DNA from: a bacterium
GTDB lineage: Bacteria; Patescibacteriota; Minisyncoccia; Phycocordibacterales; JBBTRF01
DNA length: 64,000 nucleotides
Reading direction: 5' to 3'
NCBI GenBank assembly: GCA_037130265.1
Contig: JBAXTI010000001.1
Span: 325,765-389,764 of the forward strand
Positions 26,340 to 35,631 of the stretch are shown here, piece by piece. The position numbers and the translations under genes are program-made. The stretch's first letter is position 1, and each line of letters starts with the position of its first letter. Below the pieces are notes generated by a model. The model was not told the DNA's origin and made no database searches. It saw only the letters and a program-made list of their open reading frames with translations.

Positions 26340-27218
26340 ATGAATTCCTCGGTACATATTCTCAAGGCAGACGGCAGTAGACAAGCTTTTCGACCCGAGA
26401 AGCTTGTTTACTCGTTGAAGCGAATTGGTGCCGATGATGCCGTCATCGAAAAGATTGTTGCGCACATCCAGGGAGAGATTGTGGAGGGGGTGACGACGAA
26501 TGATATTTATCATCACGCGTTTAATCTGCTGCGACAGCACCAGAAGCCTGTTGCGGCGAAGTATTCTCTTCGCCGCGCCCTCGCTGGTCTCGGTCCCACT
26601 GGTTTTCCGTTCGAGAAATTCGTCGCCGAAGTCTTTCGTGCGAAAGGCTATACTGCCGAGACAGATCAAACTGTTCGTGGCGCTTGCGTGCCGCACGAGG
26701 TGGATGTGGTCGCGTACAAAGATGACGGAGTTCCTGCGAGCGTTTCAACGGAAGCCGCACTCTCCGGTCCAGACCTCATCATGTGTGAATTGAAATTCCA
26801 CAATGAAGTCGGTTTCAAGACAGACTTGAAAGTGGCACTGTATGTGAAGGCACGTTTCGATGATCTTCGTTCTCAAACGTTTGAGTATGGTGGCAAGAAG
26901 CGCCCCTTCGGTGAGGGTTGGTTGGTGACGAATACGAAATTTACACAGACCGCTATCGACTACGGTCGCTGCGCTGGTTTGAAAATGATTGGCTGGAATT
27001 ATCCCGAAAAAGAAAATCTCGAAGAGTGGATCGAGGAGTCAGGTCTGCATCCACTCACCTGCATTAGTACGCTCACTGACAGTCATCGACAGGAGCTTTT
27101 CCGACGCGGTATCGTGCTGTGCAAGACGCTCATCGCCGATCCGTCTATTTTGACCTCGATGGGACTTTCGACTAGCAAAATCGCTGAAGTGAAAGAGGAA
27201 TTGGAGAGCGTGTGCTAG
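26340..27218 (+). CDS. ATP-cone domain fused to a restriction-endonuclease-like (Mrr_cat, PD-(D/E)xK) domain
   Basis: N-terminus ILKADGSRQAFRPEKLVYSLKRIG resembles the NrdR/RNR ATP-cone. The middle region FEKFVAEVFRAKGYTAE...HEVDVVAY...MCELKF matches the Mrr-type D...E-x-K core. Confidence 0.5.
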   Translation: MNSSVHILKADGSRQAFRPEKLVYSLKRIGADDAVIEKIVAHIQGEIVEGVTTNDIYHHAFNLLRQHQKPVAAKYSLRRALAGLGPTGFPFEKFVAEVFRAKGYTAETDQTVRGACVPHEVDVVAYKDDGVPASVSTEAALSGPDLIMCELKFHNEVGFKTDLKVALYVKARFDDLRSQTFEYGGKKRPFGEGWLVTNTKFTQTAIDYGRCAGLKMIGWNYPEKENLEEWIEESGLHPLTCISTLTDSHRQELFRRGIVLCKTLIADPSILTSMGLSTSKIAEVKEELESVC

Positions 27219-27242
27219 ACGCGCGTCGTTACGTGCTCAATT

Positions 27243-27271
27243 TTGCGCCGAAAGGGCAGTTGGCGTATAGT
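27243..27271 (+). promoter_or_regulatory. Sigma-70-type promoter for pepF (TTGCGC-17-TATAGT)
   Basis: Hexamers with 17-nt spacing; the -10 ends 8 nt before the ATG at 27279. Confidence 0.35.
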
Positions 27272-27278
27272 GTAGGGC

Positions 27279-29147
27279 ATGAAATCTCCAAAAAAGACGA
27301 CGAAGACGAGTGCGTCAAAGTCCGTTGGTAAGCCTGCAGGGAAGGTTGAAAGGAAGCTCGCGTATCCGACCGAGTGGAATCTCGGGATGTTTTATTCTTC
27401 GCACGAGGATCCGCGGATCGAGGCAGACGTGAAGATGCTCGAGACGGCGAACGATTCTTTCGAGAAGAAATACAAGCCACAAGGAGCAGCGGCTCCGGCC
27501 TATGTTCTCGATGAGAATGCATTGCTCATTGCTCTCGAAGATTGGGAGAAGCTTTGCGAGTTCTCGGCTGGTTTCAAGCCGGCTTTCTATCTCGGCATGG
27601 TGCGCGAGGTTAATTCTGCCGACACCATCGCAGAGGCAAAAAGCAACGCACTCTCGGCGCGCTTGGCAAAGACAGGGAACAAAACTGTTTTTTTTCCGCT
27701 CATGCTCGGCAAAGTTGCTCCAGAAGCGCAGGCACGATTTCTCGCCGACAAAAAGCTCGAGCGCTTTCACTACTATCTAAAGCACGTTTTTGATACGAGC
27801 AAGTACGACCTCACCGAGGCTGAGGAAAAGATTCTCAATTTAAAGTCACTCCCCGGCTACTCGCTTTGGGTGGACGGCCAGGCCAAGCTCATGGCGGCAC
27901 AGACAGTGAAGCTTGCAGGCAAGACGATACCAATCTCTGAAGCAATCAACAAGATTCCAAGCTTGCCGATGATGACTCGTCGAAAGCTCTGGGCGGATGT
28001 ACGTACGAAGCTCAAAGATATCGGTGCTTTTGCTGAAGCGGAAATGAACGCGATTTGTATCGACAAGAAAATCAACGACGAACTCCGTGGTCTCAAAGAA
28101 CCGTATACCGCGACACTGCTTGGGTATCAAAATGACGAGGCGACTGTGCTCAATCTCGTGAATACGACCACCAAGGCTTTTCCGGTGGCGCACCGTTTCC
28201 ATAAGCTGAAGGCGAAGTTGCTGAAGGTGCCGAAGCTTGAATTTTCTGACCGCGCGGCCGATGTGGGGAAGGTGTCGCGAGTGGTGAAATTTGATGAGGC
28301 TGTGCGCATCACGACCGACGCGTTCGCGAAAGTGGGTCCGCAGTACGTTGAGATCTTCGAGCGATTTTTGAAGAATGGCCAGATCGACGTGTTTCCACGA
28401 AAAGGGAAGCGTGGCGGCGGTTTCTGTACCTGCGGTACGGTGCTGCCTTCGTTTATTTTGCTCAATCATTCCGGCACCATGGATGGTGTGATGACGTTGG
28501 CGCACGAAATGGGTCATGCGATTCACAGTGAGCTCAGCAATGCGAATCAGCCGATTTTGTCTCGTGGATTTTCTACTTCAGTGGCCGAGACTGCGAGTAC
28601 CTTGTTTGAAAACTTCGCGTTCGAGGAAGTATTTGCGACATTGACCGAGAAAGAAAAGATTATCGCGCTCCACGACCGCATCAGTGACGCGATCATGACC
28701 GTGTTCACTCAAGTCGCCTGTTTCAATTTCGAGCTCGCCTTACATCGGGCGATCCGCGAAAAAGGTGCGCTGTCGGGCGTTGAAATCGCAGCCCTTTTGA
28801 ACAAGGAAATGTCTGCCTACCTCGGGCCAAACGTGAAGCTGCATCCGGACGACGGCTACCGTTTTGTATGGTGGATGCACATCCGCTACTACTTCTACAC
28901 CTACACCTACGCCTACGGCTTCTTGATCTCGCGCGCACTGTATCAGCGATACAAGGAAGACAAGAGTTATCTGAAGAAGATTGAGCAGTTTTTGAGCGCG
29001 GGCAGCAGCAAGTCTCCAGAGGATATTTTCAAAGATATCGGTATCGATGTCACCAAGCCGGAGTTCTTCGCCGACGGCATTCGCGCGATTGAGGACGATA
29101 TCGTACGACTTGAGAAGCTTGCGAAAGGGGCGGGGATGATTAAGTAG
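27279..29147 (+). CDS. pepF: Oligoendopeptidase F (M3B metallopeptidase)
   Basis: HEXXH zinc motif in TLAHEMGHAIH plus M3-family length and architecture. Confidence 0.85.
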   Translation: MKSPKKTTKTSASKSVGKPAGKVERKLAYPTEWNLGMFYSSHEDPRIEADVKMLETANDSFEKKYKPQGAAAPAYVLDENALLIALEDWEKLCEFSAGFKPAFYLGMVREVNSADTIAEAKSNALSARLAKTGNKTVFFPLMLGKVAPEAQARFLADKKLERFHYYLKHVFDTSKYDLTEAEEKILNLKSLPGYSLWVDGQAKLMAAQTVKLAGKTIPISEAINKIPSLPMMTRRKLWADVRTKLKDIGAFAEAEMNAICIDKKINDELRGLKEPYTATLLGYQNDEATVLNLVNTTTKAFPVAHRFHKLKAKLLKVPKLEFSDRAADVGKVSRVVKFDEAVRITTDAFAKVGPQYVEIFERFLKNGQIDVFPRKGKRGGGFCTCGTVLPSFILLNHSGTMDGVMTLAHEMGHAIHSELSNANQPILSRGFSTSVAETASTLFENFAFEEVFATLTEKEKIIALHDRISDAIMTVFTQVACFNFELALHRAIREKGALSGVEIAALLNKEMSAYLGPNVKLHPDDGYRFVWWMHIRYYFYTYTYAYGFLISRALYQRYKEDKSYLKKIEQFLSAGSSKSPEDIFKDIGIDVTKPEFFADGIRAIEDDIVRLEKLAKGAGMIK

Positions 29148-29150
29148 GTG

Positions 29151-29169
29151 GCCGATTTTCGGCTTTTTT
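29151..29169 (+). terminator. Rho-independent terminator
   Basis: Hairpin GCCGA-TTTT-CGGC followed by TTTTTT. Confidence 0.5.
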
Positions 29170-29187
29170 GGTACTATTGTTCAACCA

Positions 29188-31053
29188 ATGAAATCCCACG
29201 ACATTCGCAGCAGATTCCTTACTTTTTTTGAGAAACACGGACACGCCATCATCCCGTCGGCTTCGCTTGTGCCAGAAAATGACCCGACCGTGCTCTTCAA
29301 CACCGCGGGTATGCAGCCGCTCGTGCCGTATCTCATGGGCGGCAAACATCCAGCTGGTACCCGATTGGCGGACTCGCAGAAGTGTGTGCGCACCGGCGAC
29401 ATCGACGATATCGGCGACAATACTCACTGCACCTTTTTCGAAATGCTCGGCAACTGGTCGCTCGGCGACTATTTCAAAGAAGATGCGATCAAGTGGAGCT
29501 ACGAATTCCTCACTAGCAAGACCGAAGGGCTCGGCCTCGACCCGGCGCGACTCTATGTGACCGTGTTTGAAGGCGACGAAAAGGCTGGCGTGCCACGCGA
29601 CACGGAGGCATTTGAGATTTGGAAGAAAGTGGGCATGCCCGAGCACCGTATCTATTTCAAGGGTGCTGACGCCAACTGGTGGCCAGCGGTGAAGAAGGGC
29701 CCAAGCGGCGGAGTGCGCGACGGCTGGACTGGCCCTACTGGTCCTTGCTCCGAAATGTTTTATGACGTGACCGAAAAAGGTCTTGGCGATTTGACTATTG
29801 ATCAATACAACGCGGCCGACGAAAAGCAGCAGGTGGTAGAGATCTGGAATGATGTGTTTATGGAGTTCGAGAAGAAGGATGGCAAAATCCTCGGCAAGCT
29901 CGCGCAGAAGAACGTCGACACCGGCGCCGGCCTCGAGCGACTCTGTATGGTGCTCCAGCGACTCGAGAATCCAAAAGTTCAGAGCGTGTTTGATACGGAT
30001 CTTTTCGATACGATCATGGGGAAGATTGGAGAGTTTTCAGCAGTTGGCTCTGCCGTGGCGCCCGAGACTCCAGCAACCATCCGTGCGAAGCGCATCGTCG
30101 CCGACCATGTTCGCAGCGCCGTCTTTTTGATCAGTGACGGTGTGCAGCCTTCAAATACCGATCAAGGATATATTTTGCGACGTTTGTTGCGACGCGCAGT
30201 GCGTTTTGCTGACGTGCTTGGTATGAAGCCGGGCTCACTTTTCTGGCTTGCGGGGGCGATTATCGAAAAATACGGACCCGTATACGGCAATCTTGTCGAG
30301 AAGTCGGAACACATCAGGAAGGAGATTGATAAAGAAGAAGGAAAGTTTCGTGAGACGCTCAAAAATGGTCTTAAGGAGTTTGAAAAAGGTGTGGATGCCT
30401 TTACCTTGTTTTCTTCATACGGATTTCCTTTGGAGTTGACTGTTGAGCTCGCTAAAGAGTCCGGAAAAAAGGTAGACGTCGCAGATTTTGAAGCAAAAAT
30501 GAAAGCCCATCAGGAACTCTCACGCGCAGGCGCAGCCCAGAAGTTCAAGGGCGGCCTTGCCGATGCCGATGAGATGTCAGTGAAATATCACACTGCGACA
30601 CACCTGCTCCATCAGGCGCTCCGAGACGTGCTCGGCACTCATGTACAACAGAAGGGAAGCAACATCACTGCTGAGCGTCTCCGTTTCGACTTCGCGCATA
30701 CCGCGAAGATGACGGATGACGAGAAAAAGCGGGTTGAGGCTATTGTGAATGAGAAGATCGCAGCAGCACTGCCGATGCAGGTAGCCGAACTCCCAAAAGC
30801 CGAAGCGGAAACTCTCGGTGCACTCCATTTCTTTGGCGACAAATATGGCGATAAGGTGACTGTCTATTATATTGGTGGGCAGGGTTCCGGCGTCGACGCG
30901 GTAAAAACTGCGTACTCAAAAGAATTCTGTGGAGGTCCTCACGTGAAAAATACGATCGAGCTTGCGGGACCAAACGGCAGTTGGAAATTTAAGATTGCAA
31001 AAGAAGAGGCGGTCTCTGCTGGTGTTCGACGCATCAAGGCGGTATTGGCATAG
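29188..31053 (+). CDS. alaS: Alanine--tRNA ligase, short form lacking the C-Ala domain
   Basis: Class II catalytic core (FNTAGMQPL, GNWSLGDYFK), tRNA-recognition mid-domain and editing-domain motifs HTATHLLH / CGGPHV. The protein ends shortly after the editing domain at 621 aa. Confidence 0.85.
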   Translation: MKSHDIRSRFLTFFEKHGHAIIPSASLVPENDPTVLFNTAGMQPLVPYLMGGKHPAGTRLADSQKCVRTGDIDDIGDNTHCTFFEMLGNWSLGDYFKEDAIKWSYEFLTSKTEGLGLDPARLYVTVFEGDEKAGVPRDTEAFEIWKKVGMPEHRIYFKGADANWWPAVKKGPSGGVRDGWTGPTGPCSEMFYDVTEKGLGDLTIDQYNAADEKQQVVEIWNDVFMEFEKKDGKILGKLAQKNVDTGAGLERLCMVLQRLENPKVQSVFDTDLFDTIMGKIGEFSAVGSAVAPETPATIRAKRIVADHVRSAVFLISDGVQPSNTDQGYILRRLLRRAVRFADVLGMKPGSLFWLAGAIIEKYGPVYGNLVEKSEHIRKEIDKEEGKFRETLKNGLKEFEKGVDAFTLFSSYGFPLELTVELAKESGKKVDVADFEAKMKAHQELSRAGAAQKFKGGLADADEMSVKYHTATHLLHQALRDVLGTHVQQKGSNITAERLRFDFAHTAKMTDDEKKRVEAIVNEKIAAALPMQVAELPKAEAETLGALHFFGDKYGDKVTVYYIGGQGSGVDAVKTAYSKEFCGGPHVKNTIELAGPNGSWKFKIAKEEAVSAGVRRIKAVLA

Positions 31054-31078
31054 AAGTGCTTCGTGATACAATATCTGC

Positions 31079-32311
31079 ATGAGTCGGCTCTCTTTTTTCG
31101 GCACAAATAGTGAAAATGAAAAGGAACCGGTGGTTCTAATCCATATCGAAGGCGAGCGTGTGTCTGGTGCATTGGCATTGCGTGGACAGTCCGACACTGA
31201 CGGATTGCTTTCGCATGGTCAACCACCAAAAATAATCTTTTCTTGTGAGGAAGTGTTTCCAGTGCGTCGCCCGGACCACGATATGAATGTTGCTATTGTT
31301 GATGTCCTGAAGAAGGTGCTTGCGCGGATTGAAAAGGAGGGCAAAAAAGATGGTGCGGTGAGTAATGAAGCAATTCGCGAAGTACACTGCACTCTCGCGT
31401 CGCCGTGGTTTTTGTCTCAGACCAAGATTGTGCGTGAAGTGAAGGAGGTTCCGGAGTTGTTCTCCCAGAAGGCGCTCGAGGAGATGGTGGAGCGCGAGTC
31501 TCATGCATTCTGCGACGCTTTCTCAAAGAGCGAATACGGTGAGCGTTTTCATGAAGCACTCGAGCTCGTGGAGAGAAATGTTGTGTCGTTGTCATTGAAT
31601 GGGTACGAGACCGCGGAACCGAGGGGTCAGAAATACAAGGAGATCGAAACTGCTCTGTATTTCAGCGTAGTCGGTGCAGAATTGTTAAAGGCAACACGAG
31701 AATCAGTGGCGCGCGTGTTTCACCGCGCTCACACCACCTTCCACACCTTTCCGCTCGTGGCTTTTTCTGTGGTACGCGACGTGCAGAGCGTCCCGCAGTA
31801 TTTCTTGCTTGCCGATATCGACGGCGAGGTTTCCGATTTCACGATTGTGAAGAAAGGCGTTGCGATGCAAACAATCACCGTACCTCTCGGTGCTCAGCAC
31901 TTTATCCGATCGCTGCAGAAAGGTGCGGGCGTTTCGCCGGAAATGTCGCTCTCCGTCTTGTCTCTCCACGGCATGGACGCACTCTCGGATGAGACAAATG
32001 CAAAAGTCGCACCTATTTTGAAGAAAGCTACACTCGAATGGCAGGCGGCTGTTTCCGAGTCCATCCGCCTCCTTTCCGAAGAGTGTTTTGTTCCGGGTAC
32101 CGTGATCGTCGCGTCAGAAGACCGACTCCAAGCTTTTTTTGCCAATCTGATCAGCGATCATTCTCTCGGTCACGGACCTTCCGACGGAACTCCTTTTTCA
32201 GTGCTGCGCCTCGACCGCGAATTTATTTCGAAACACTATCACGTCGATGCGCCGGAGGTGCATGCAGTGAATCTTTTGCTCACCTCGCTCTTTATTTCGA
32301 AGAAAGGCTAG
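31079..32311 (+). CDS. Hypothetical protein, possibly an actin-like ATPase fold (FtsA/PilM-like)
   Basis: Weak phosphate-1/phosphate-2-like segments (VVLIHIEGERVSGALAL; LLADIDGEVSDFTIVKKG). No confident family assignment. Confidence 0.3.
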   Translation: MSRLSFFGTNSENEKEPVVLIHIEGERVSGALALRGQSDTDGLLSHGQPPKIIFSCEEVFPVRRPDHDMNVAIVDVLKKVLARIEKEGKKDGAVSNEAIREVHCTLASPWFLSQTKIVREVKEVPELFSQKALEEMVERESHAFCDAFSKSEYGERFHEALELVERNVVSLSLNGYETAEPRGQKYKEIETALYFSVVGAELLKATRESVARVFHRAHTTFHTFPLVAFSVVRDVQSVPQYFLLADIDGEVSDFTIVKKGVAMQTITVPLGAQHFIRSLQKGAGVSPEMSLSVLSLHGMDALSDETNAKVAPILKKATLEWQAAVSESIRLLSEECFVPGTVIVASEDRLQAFFANLISDHSLGHGPSDGTPFSVLRLDREFISKHYHVDAPEVHAVNLLLTSLFISKKG

Positions 32312-32374
32312 GGATATCAACAGTTTTTTCTTTTGTCGACACCATTGTGTCAAAATATTTGCTATACTATCGGC

Positions 32375-33631
32375 ATGTCGAGGCCTGTTATCAACGATGT
32401 TCGCCCTTCTGAGCGCCGCAGTATCCGGATTATCCCGGCGTCTTTGCGCAACCAGTTGGAACGTGGTGGGAGTGGTGATCGCGACGAGCGTTCACATCTG
32501 AAAATTCGCAGCAGTATTCTCTGGGCGCTGGTAGTGGTGTGTCTCGGAGTGCTTTTTTACGTCGTGTCGTCATTCTTTACCGGCGCCACAATTACCGTCA
32601 GCCCACTCACCCAAAAAGCTTCGGTGAATATTGTTTTGCTGGCAAGCAAGGTAGCGTCCACAAAGGGTTCAGAGCTCCAGTACCAGTTGGTGACACTCTC
32701 AGATCAGCTCCAGAAAGAGGTGATCGCACAAGGTACTCGCGTGGAGGAGAAGAAGGCGTCTGGACAGGTCGTTATTTACAACATTGAGACCAATGCTGTG
32801 CAGCGACTCATTCGCAACACGCGTTTTCAGACACCGGAAGGTCTTATTTATCGCATCTCTGAACCCACCACAATTCCAGGAAAGAAGGGAACCGTACCTG
32901 GTAGTATAGAGGTGACCGTGTATGCCGATACTGCAGGCGCCGACTACAACATCGGTCTCACCGACCTCACTATCCCTGGCTTCAAGACCAGCCCGACGAA
33001 ATACAAAAATATCTATGCACGTTCAAAGACGACCATGGCCGGTGGTAGCAAGGGTGTCATGCGCGTGGTAAAGCCTGAAGATGAAAAGGCGGCTCGCGAT
33101 ACAATGATTGCGGACCTAAAGACTCGACTTTTGGCATCAGCGCGTGCGCAGACTCCAGCTGACTCCGCTTTTTTCGACCGAGCAACACTCTTTACTGTTG
33201 AGCAACTACCAAATCAGAACAAGGACACCGACACGGTAATTCTCACTCAGAAAGTCGCACTCACCGGTCTTGTGCTCGAGAAGCAAGCACTTGCGCGGGC
33301 CATTGCTCTAAAGGCTGTCAATGGATATGACGAAAAGCCAATCGACCTCGCCACTACAGATGGCCTGGATGTCGTACCTCAAAATATGTCGATCGGTGTA
33401 TTTGATCGCGACCCCGTAAAGCTCGCTGTTTCGGGCACTGCTAGCTTTGTTTGGCTCTATGACGCTTCAAAAATAGCCGCCGCCCTTGTCTCCCAGAAAA
33501 CGGCTCAATTCAAGGAAAGTATGGCTCGTTTCTCAGAGGTTACCCCCGTAAAGGCTATTGTACGACCATTCTGGCGCAGCACCTTCCCGGATGATGTTGC
33601 GCGTATTATTATTGAGCAGTCGAAGCCGTAG
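32375..33631 (+). CDS. Bitopic membrane protein with a large extracytoplasmic domain, hypothetical
   Basis: Cytoplasmic N-terminus, one TM (ILWALVVVCLGVLFYVV) and a ~370-aa outside domain. Start chosen at ATG 32375 because an extended -10 (TGCTATACT) ends 6 nt upstream; ORF-track start is 32333. Confidence 0.35.
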   Translation: MSRPVINDVRPSERRSIRIIPASLRNQLERGGSGDRDERSHLKIRSSILWALVVVCLGVLFYVVSSFFTGATITVSPLTQKASVNIVLLASKVASTKGSELQYQLVTLSDQLQKEVIAQGTRVEEKKASGQVVIYNIETNAVQRLIRNTRFQTPEGLIYRISEPTTIPGKKGTVPGSIEVTVYADTAGADYNIGLTDLTIPGFKTSPTKYKNIYARSKTTMAGGSKGVMRVVKPEDEKAARDTMIADLKTRLLASARAQTPADSAFFDRATLFTVEQLPNQNKDTDTVILTQKVALTGLVLEKQALARAIALKAVNGYDEKPIDLATTDGLDVVPQNMSIGVFDRDPVKLAVSGTASFVWLYDASKIAAALVSQKTAQFKESMARFSEVTPVKAIVRPFWRSTFPDDVARIIIEQSKP

Positions 33632-33734
33632 TGGGTCAATTGAGGGTAAGGACTGGCCAATCCACAGGCTAATGCTTGACTTTTGTGGGGTATTTTTGTT
33701 ATGATGTTATTCACTGTTTTTACAGGATTTATAT

Positions 33735-33950
33735 ATGGAGAAGAAACCAGATACAGGAGTTTTAGGAGTCGTCACGGAGGCGCTTCCTAACACCTTGTTT
33801 AGGGTGAGGCTCGAAGGTCAGGAATCGGAGATGATGGCCTATCTCGCGGGCAAGATGAGAATGAATCACATTCGAGTCTTGATCGGAGACAAGGTGAAGG
33901 TAGAGGTTGATCCATACGGCGGCAAAGGACGAATTACTAAACGATTGTAA
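33735..33950 (+). CDS. infA: Translation initiation factor IF-1
   Basis: S1-like OB fold; [19 protein letters not shown]...[24 protein letters not shown] is near-identical to bacterial IF-1. Confidence 0.9.
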   Translation: MEKKPDTGVLGVVTEALPNTLFRVRLEGQESEMMAYLAGKMRMNHIRVLIGDKVKVEVDPYGGKGRITKRL

Positions 33951-33956
33951 ACACCA

Positions 33957-34073
33957 ATGAGAGTAAAAGCTTCAGTAAAAAAAGTATGCGCTCAGTGCAA
34001 GACCGTCCGACGAAAGGGCTACGTGTACGTGGTGTGCTCGTCTAATCCTCGTCACAAGCAGCGCCAAGGCTAA
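33957..34073 (+). CDS. rpmJ: 50S ribosomal protein L36
   Basis: Not in the ORF track because it is under 60 aa. Translates to [38 protein letters not shown], a canonical L36 with its zinc-ribbon Cys/His. Confidence 0.85.
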   Translation: MRVKASVKKVCAQCKTVRRKGYVYVVCSSNPRHKQRQG

Positions 34074-34108
34074 AAGCGTTCATTATTTATAATCCTACTG
34101 TATATCCA

Positions 34109-34489
34109 ATGCGTATCTCAGGTATCACCATTCCAGACGACAAGCGAATCGAGATTGCTCTCACGGCAGTCTTCGGTATTGGTCGTCCACTCGCGCACAC
34201 TATTTTGACCCGAGCGAATGTCGATTTCGGCAAGAAGGCAAAAGACCTCACTGTCGATGAAGAGAATGAGATCCGAAAGATGATCGAGGATTACAAGATC
34301 GAAGGAGACCTCAAGCGAGAAGTCGCGGGCAACGTAAAGCGCTTGAAGGATATCAAGGCATACCGAGGCATTCGACACCTCCGCCGCCTCCCAGTGCACG
34401 GTCAGCGAACTAAGACCAACTCTCGAACTGTCCGAGGCAACGCTCGAAAGACCATGGGTTCTGGACGAAAGGCCGTTGATAAGAAGTAA
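34109..34489 (+). CDS. rpsM: 30S ribosomal protein S13
   Basis: MRISGITIPDDKRIEIALTAVFGIGR... matches the S13 family. Confidence 0.95.
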   Translation: MRISGITIPDDKRIEIALTAVFGIGRPLAHTILTRANVDFGKKAKDLTVDEENEIRKMIEDYKIEGDLKREVAGNVKRLKDIKAYRGIRHLRRLPVHGQRTKTNSRTVRGNARKTMGSGRKAVDKK

Positions 34490-34512
34490 TCCCAATCATT
34501 TATACATTTTTT

Positions 34513-34959
34513 ATGGCAACCCCAAAGAACACAGAAGTAAAGAAGAAGGAGGCAGCGGCCGCTCCAGCGGAGAAGGCGGTAGCAGCTGCGCCTTCAAAGG
34601 CCTCGAAGCTCAAGCTCGACAGTGGTATTTTGTACGTACAGTCTACGTACAACAACACCAAGGTAGTGTTTGCTGATCCAAAGGGCAACGCCGTATTTTG
34701 GTCATCAGCGGGATCTCTCGGTTTCAAGGGTGCAAAGAAGGGCACTCCTTTTGCTGCGGCAAAAGTAGGGGAGACATTGGCAGCAAAGGCAGCACTCCTT
34801 GGTCTCAAGGAAGTGGCAGTCATTGTGAAGGGTGTTGGTTCTGGCCGAGAATCAGCCGTTCGAGGTTTTGTATCAAAAGGCTTCACTATCACCTCTATTA
34901 AAGACGTGACTCCGGTGCCTCACAACGGCCCGAAGGCAAAGAAGCCACGACGCGTTTAA
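34513..34959 (+). CDS. rpsK: 30S ribosomal protein S11
   Basis: Family motifs ...ILYVQSTYNNTKVVFADPKGN...GFKGAKKGTPFAA.... Confidence 0.95.
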   Translation: MATPKNTEVKKKEAAAAPAEKAVAAAPSKASKLKLDSGILYVQSTYNNTKVVFADPKGNAVFWSSAGSLGFKGAKKGTPFAAAKVGETLAAKAALLGLKEVAVIVKGVGSGRESAVRGFVSKGFTITSIKDVTPVPHNGPKAKKPRRV

Positions 34960-34980
34960 TAACATAATCATCGTACTCAT

Positions 34981-35601
34981 ATGAAAATTGGTCCAAAGTA
35001 CAAGATTGCACGACGACTGGGAGCCGCAGTGTTCGACAAAACACAGACGGCTAAATTTGCTGCGTCTGTTGCTCGCCGAGGCGGCGGCAAGGATGCGGGC
35101 AAGAAGAAGCCTCGCCCAAAGAGCGAGTTCGGTACCCAGCTCATCGAGAAGCAGAAGGCCCGATTTACATACGGTGTGATGGAGAAGCAGTTCCGCAACT
35201 ACGTCCGAAAGGCGATTGCTCAGACCAAACTCAACCCAGATGAGGCACTCTTCCGTGCGCTCGAGACACGTCTCGACAACGTCGTGTACCGACTTGGCTT
35301 GGCGAACTCTCGCCTCCTTGCTCGACAGATCGTCTCCCACGGTCACATTTTAGTAAACGGTACTCGAGTGACTATTCCTTCGTACACCATCTCTGAGAAG
35401 GATGCGATCACCATCCGAGATGGTAGCCAGAAGAAGAAGCTCTTCGAGCAGGCAGCGGAGAAGATGAAGAATGCGCCTGCGGTCAATTGGATCAAGAGTG
35501 AGTCGGAGAAGAAACGAGCCGAGATCGTTGGTATGCCGAAGTTTGCCCCTGGCGAGACACAGTTTGATATTGGTGCCATCCTGGAATTCTACAAGCGATA
35601 A
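34981..35601 (+). CDS. rpsD: 30S ribosomal protein S4
   Basis: N-terminal Zn-ribbon-like region and S4 RNA-binding domain (LDNVVYRLGLANSRLLARQIVSHGHILVNG). Confidence 0.95.
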   Translation: MKIGPKYKIARRLGAAVFDKTQTAKFAASVARRGGGKDAGKKKPRPKSEFGTQLIEKQKARFTYGVMEKQFRNYVRKAIAQTKLNPDEALFRALETRLDNVVYRLGLANSRLLARQIVSHGHILVNGTRVTIPSYTISEKDAITIRDGSQKKKLFEQAAEKMKNAPAVNWIKSESEKKRAEIVGMPKFAPGETQFDIGAILEFYKR

Positions 35602-35631
35602 TTATCAATCATTTTAAATAACAACAATCAT

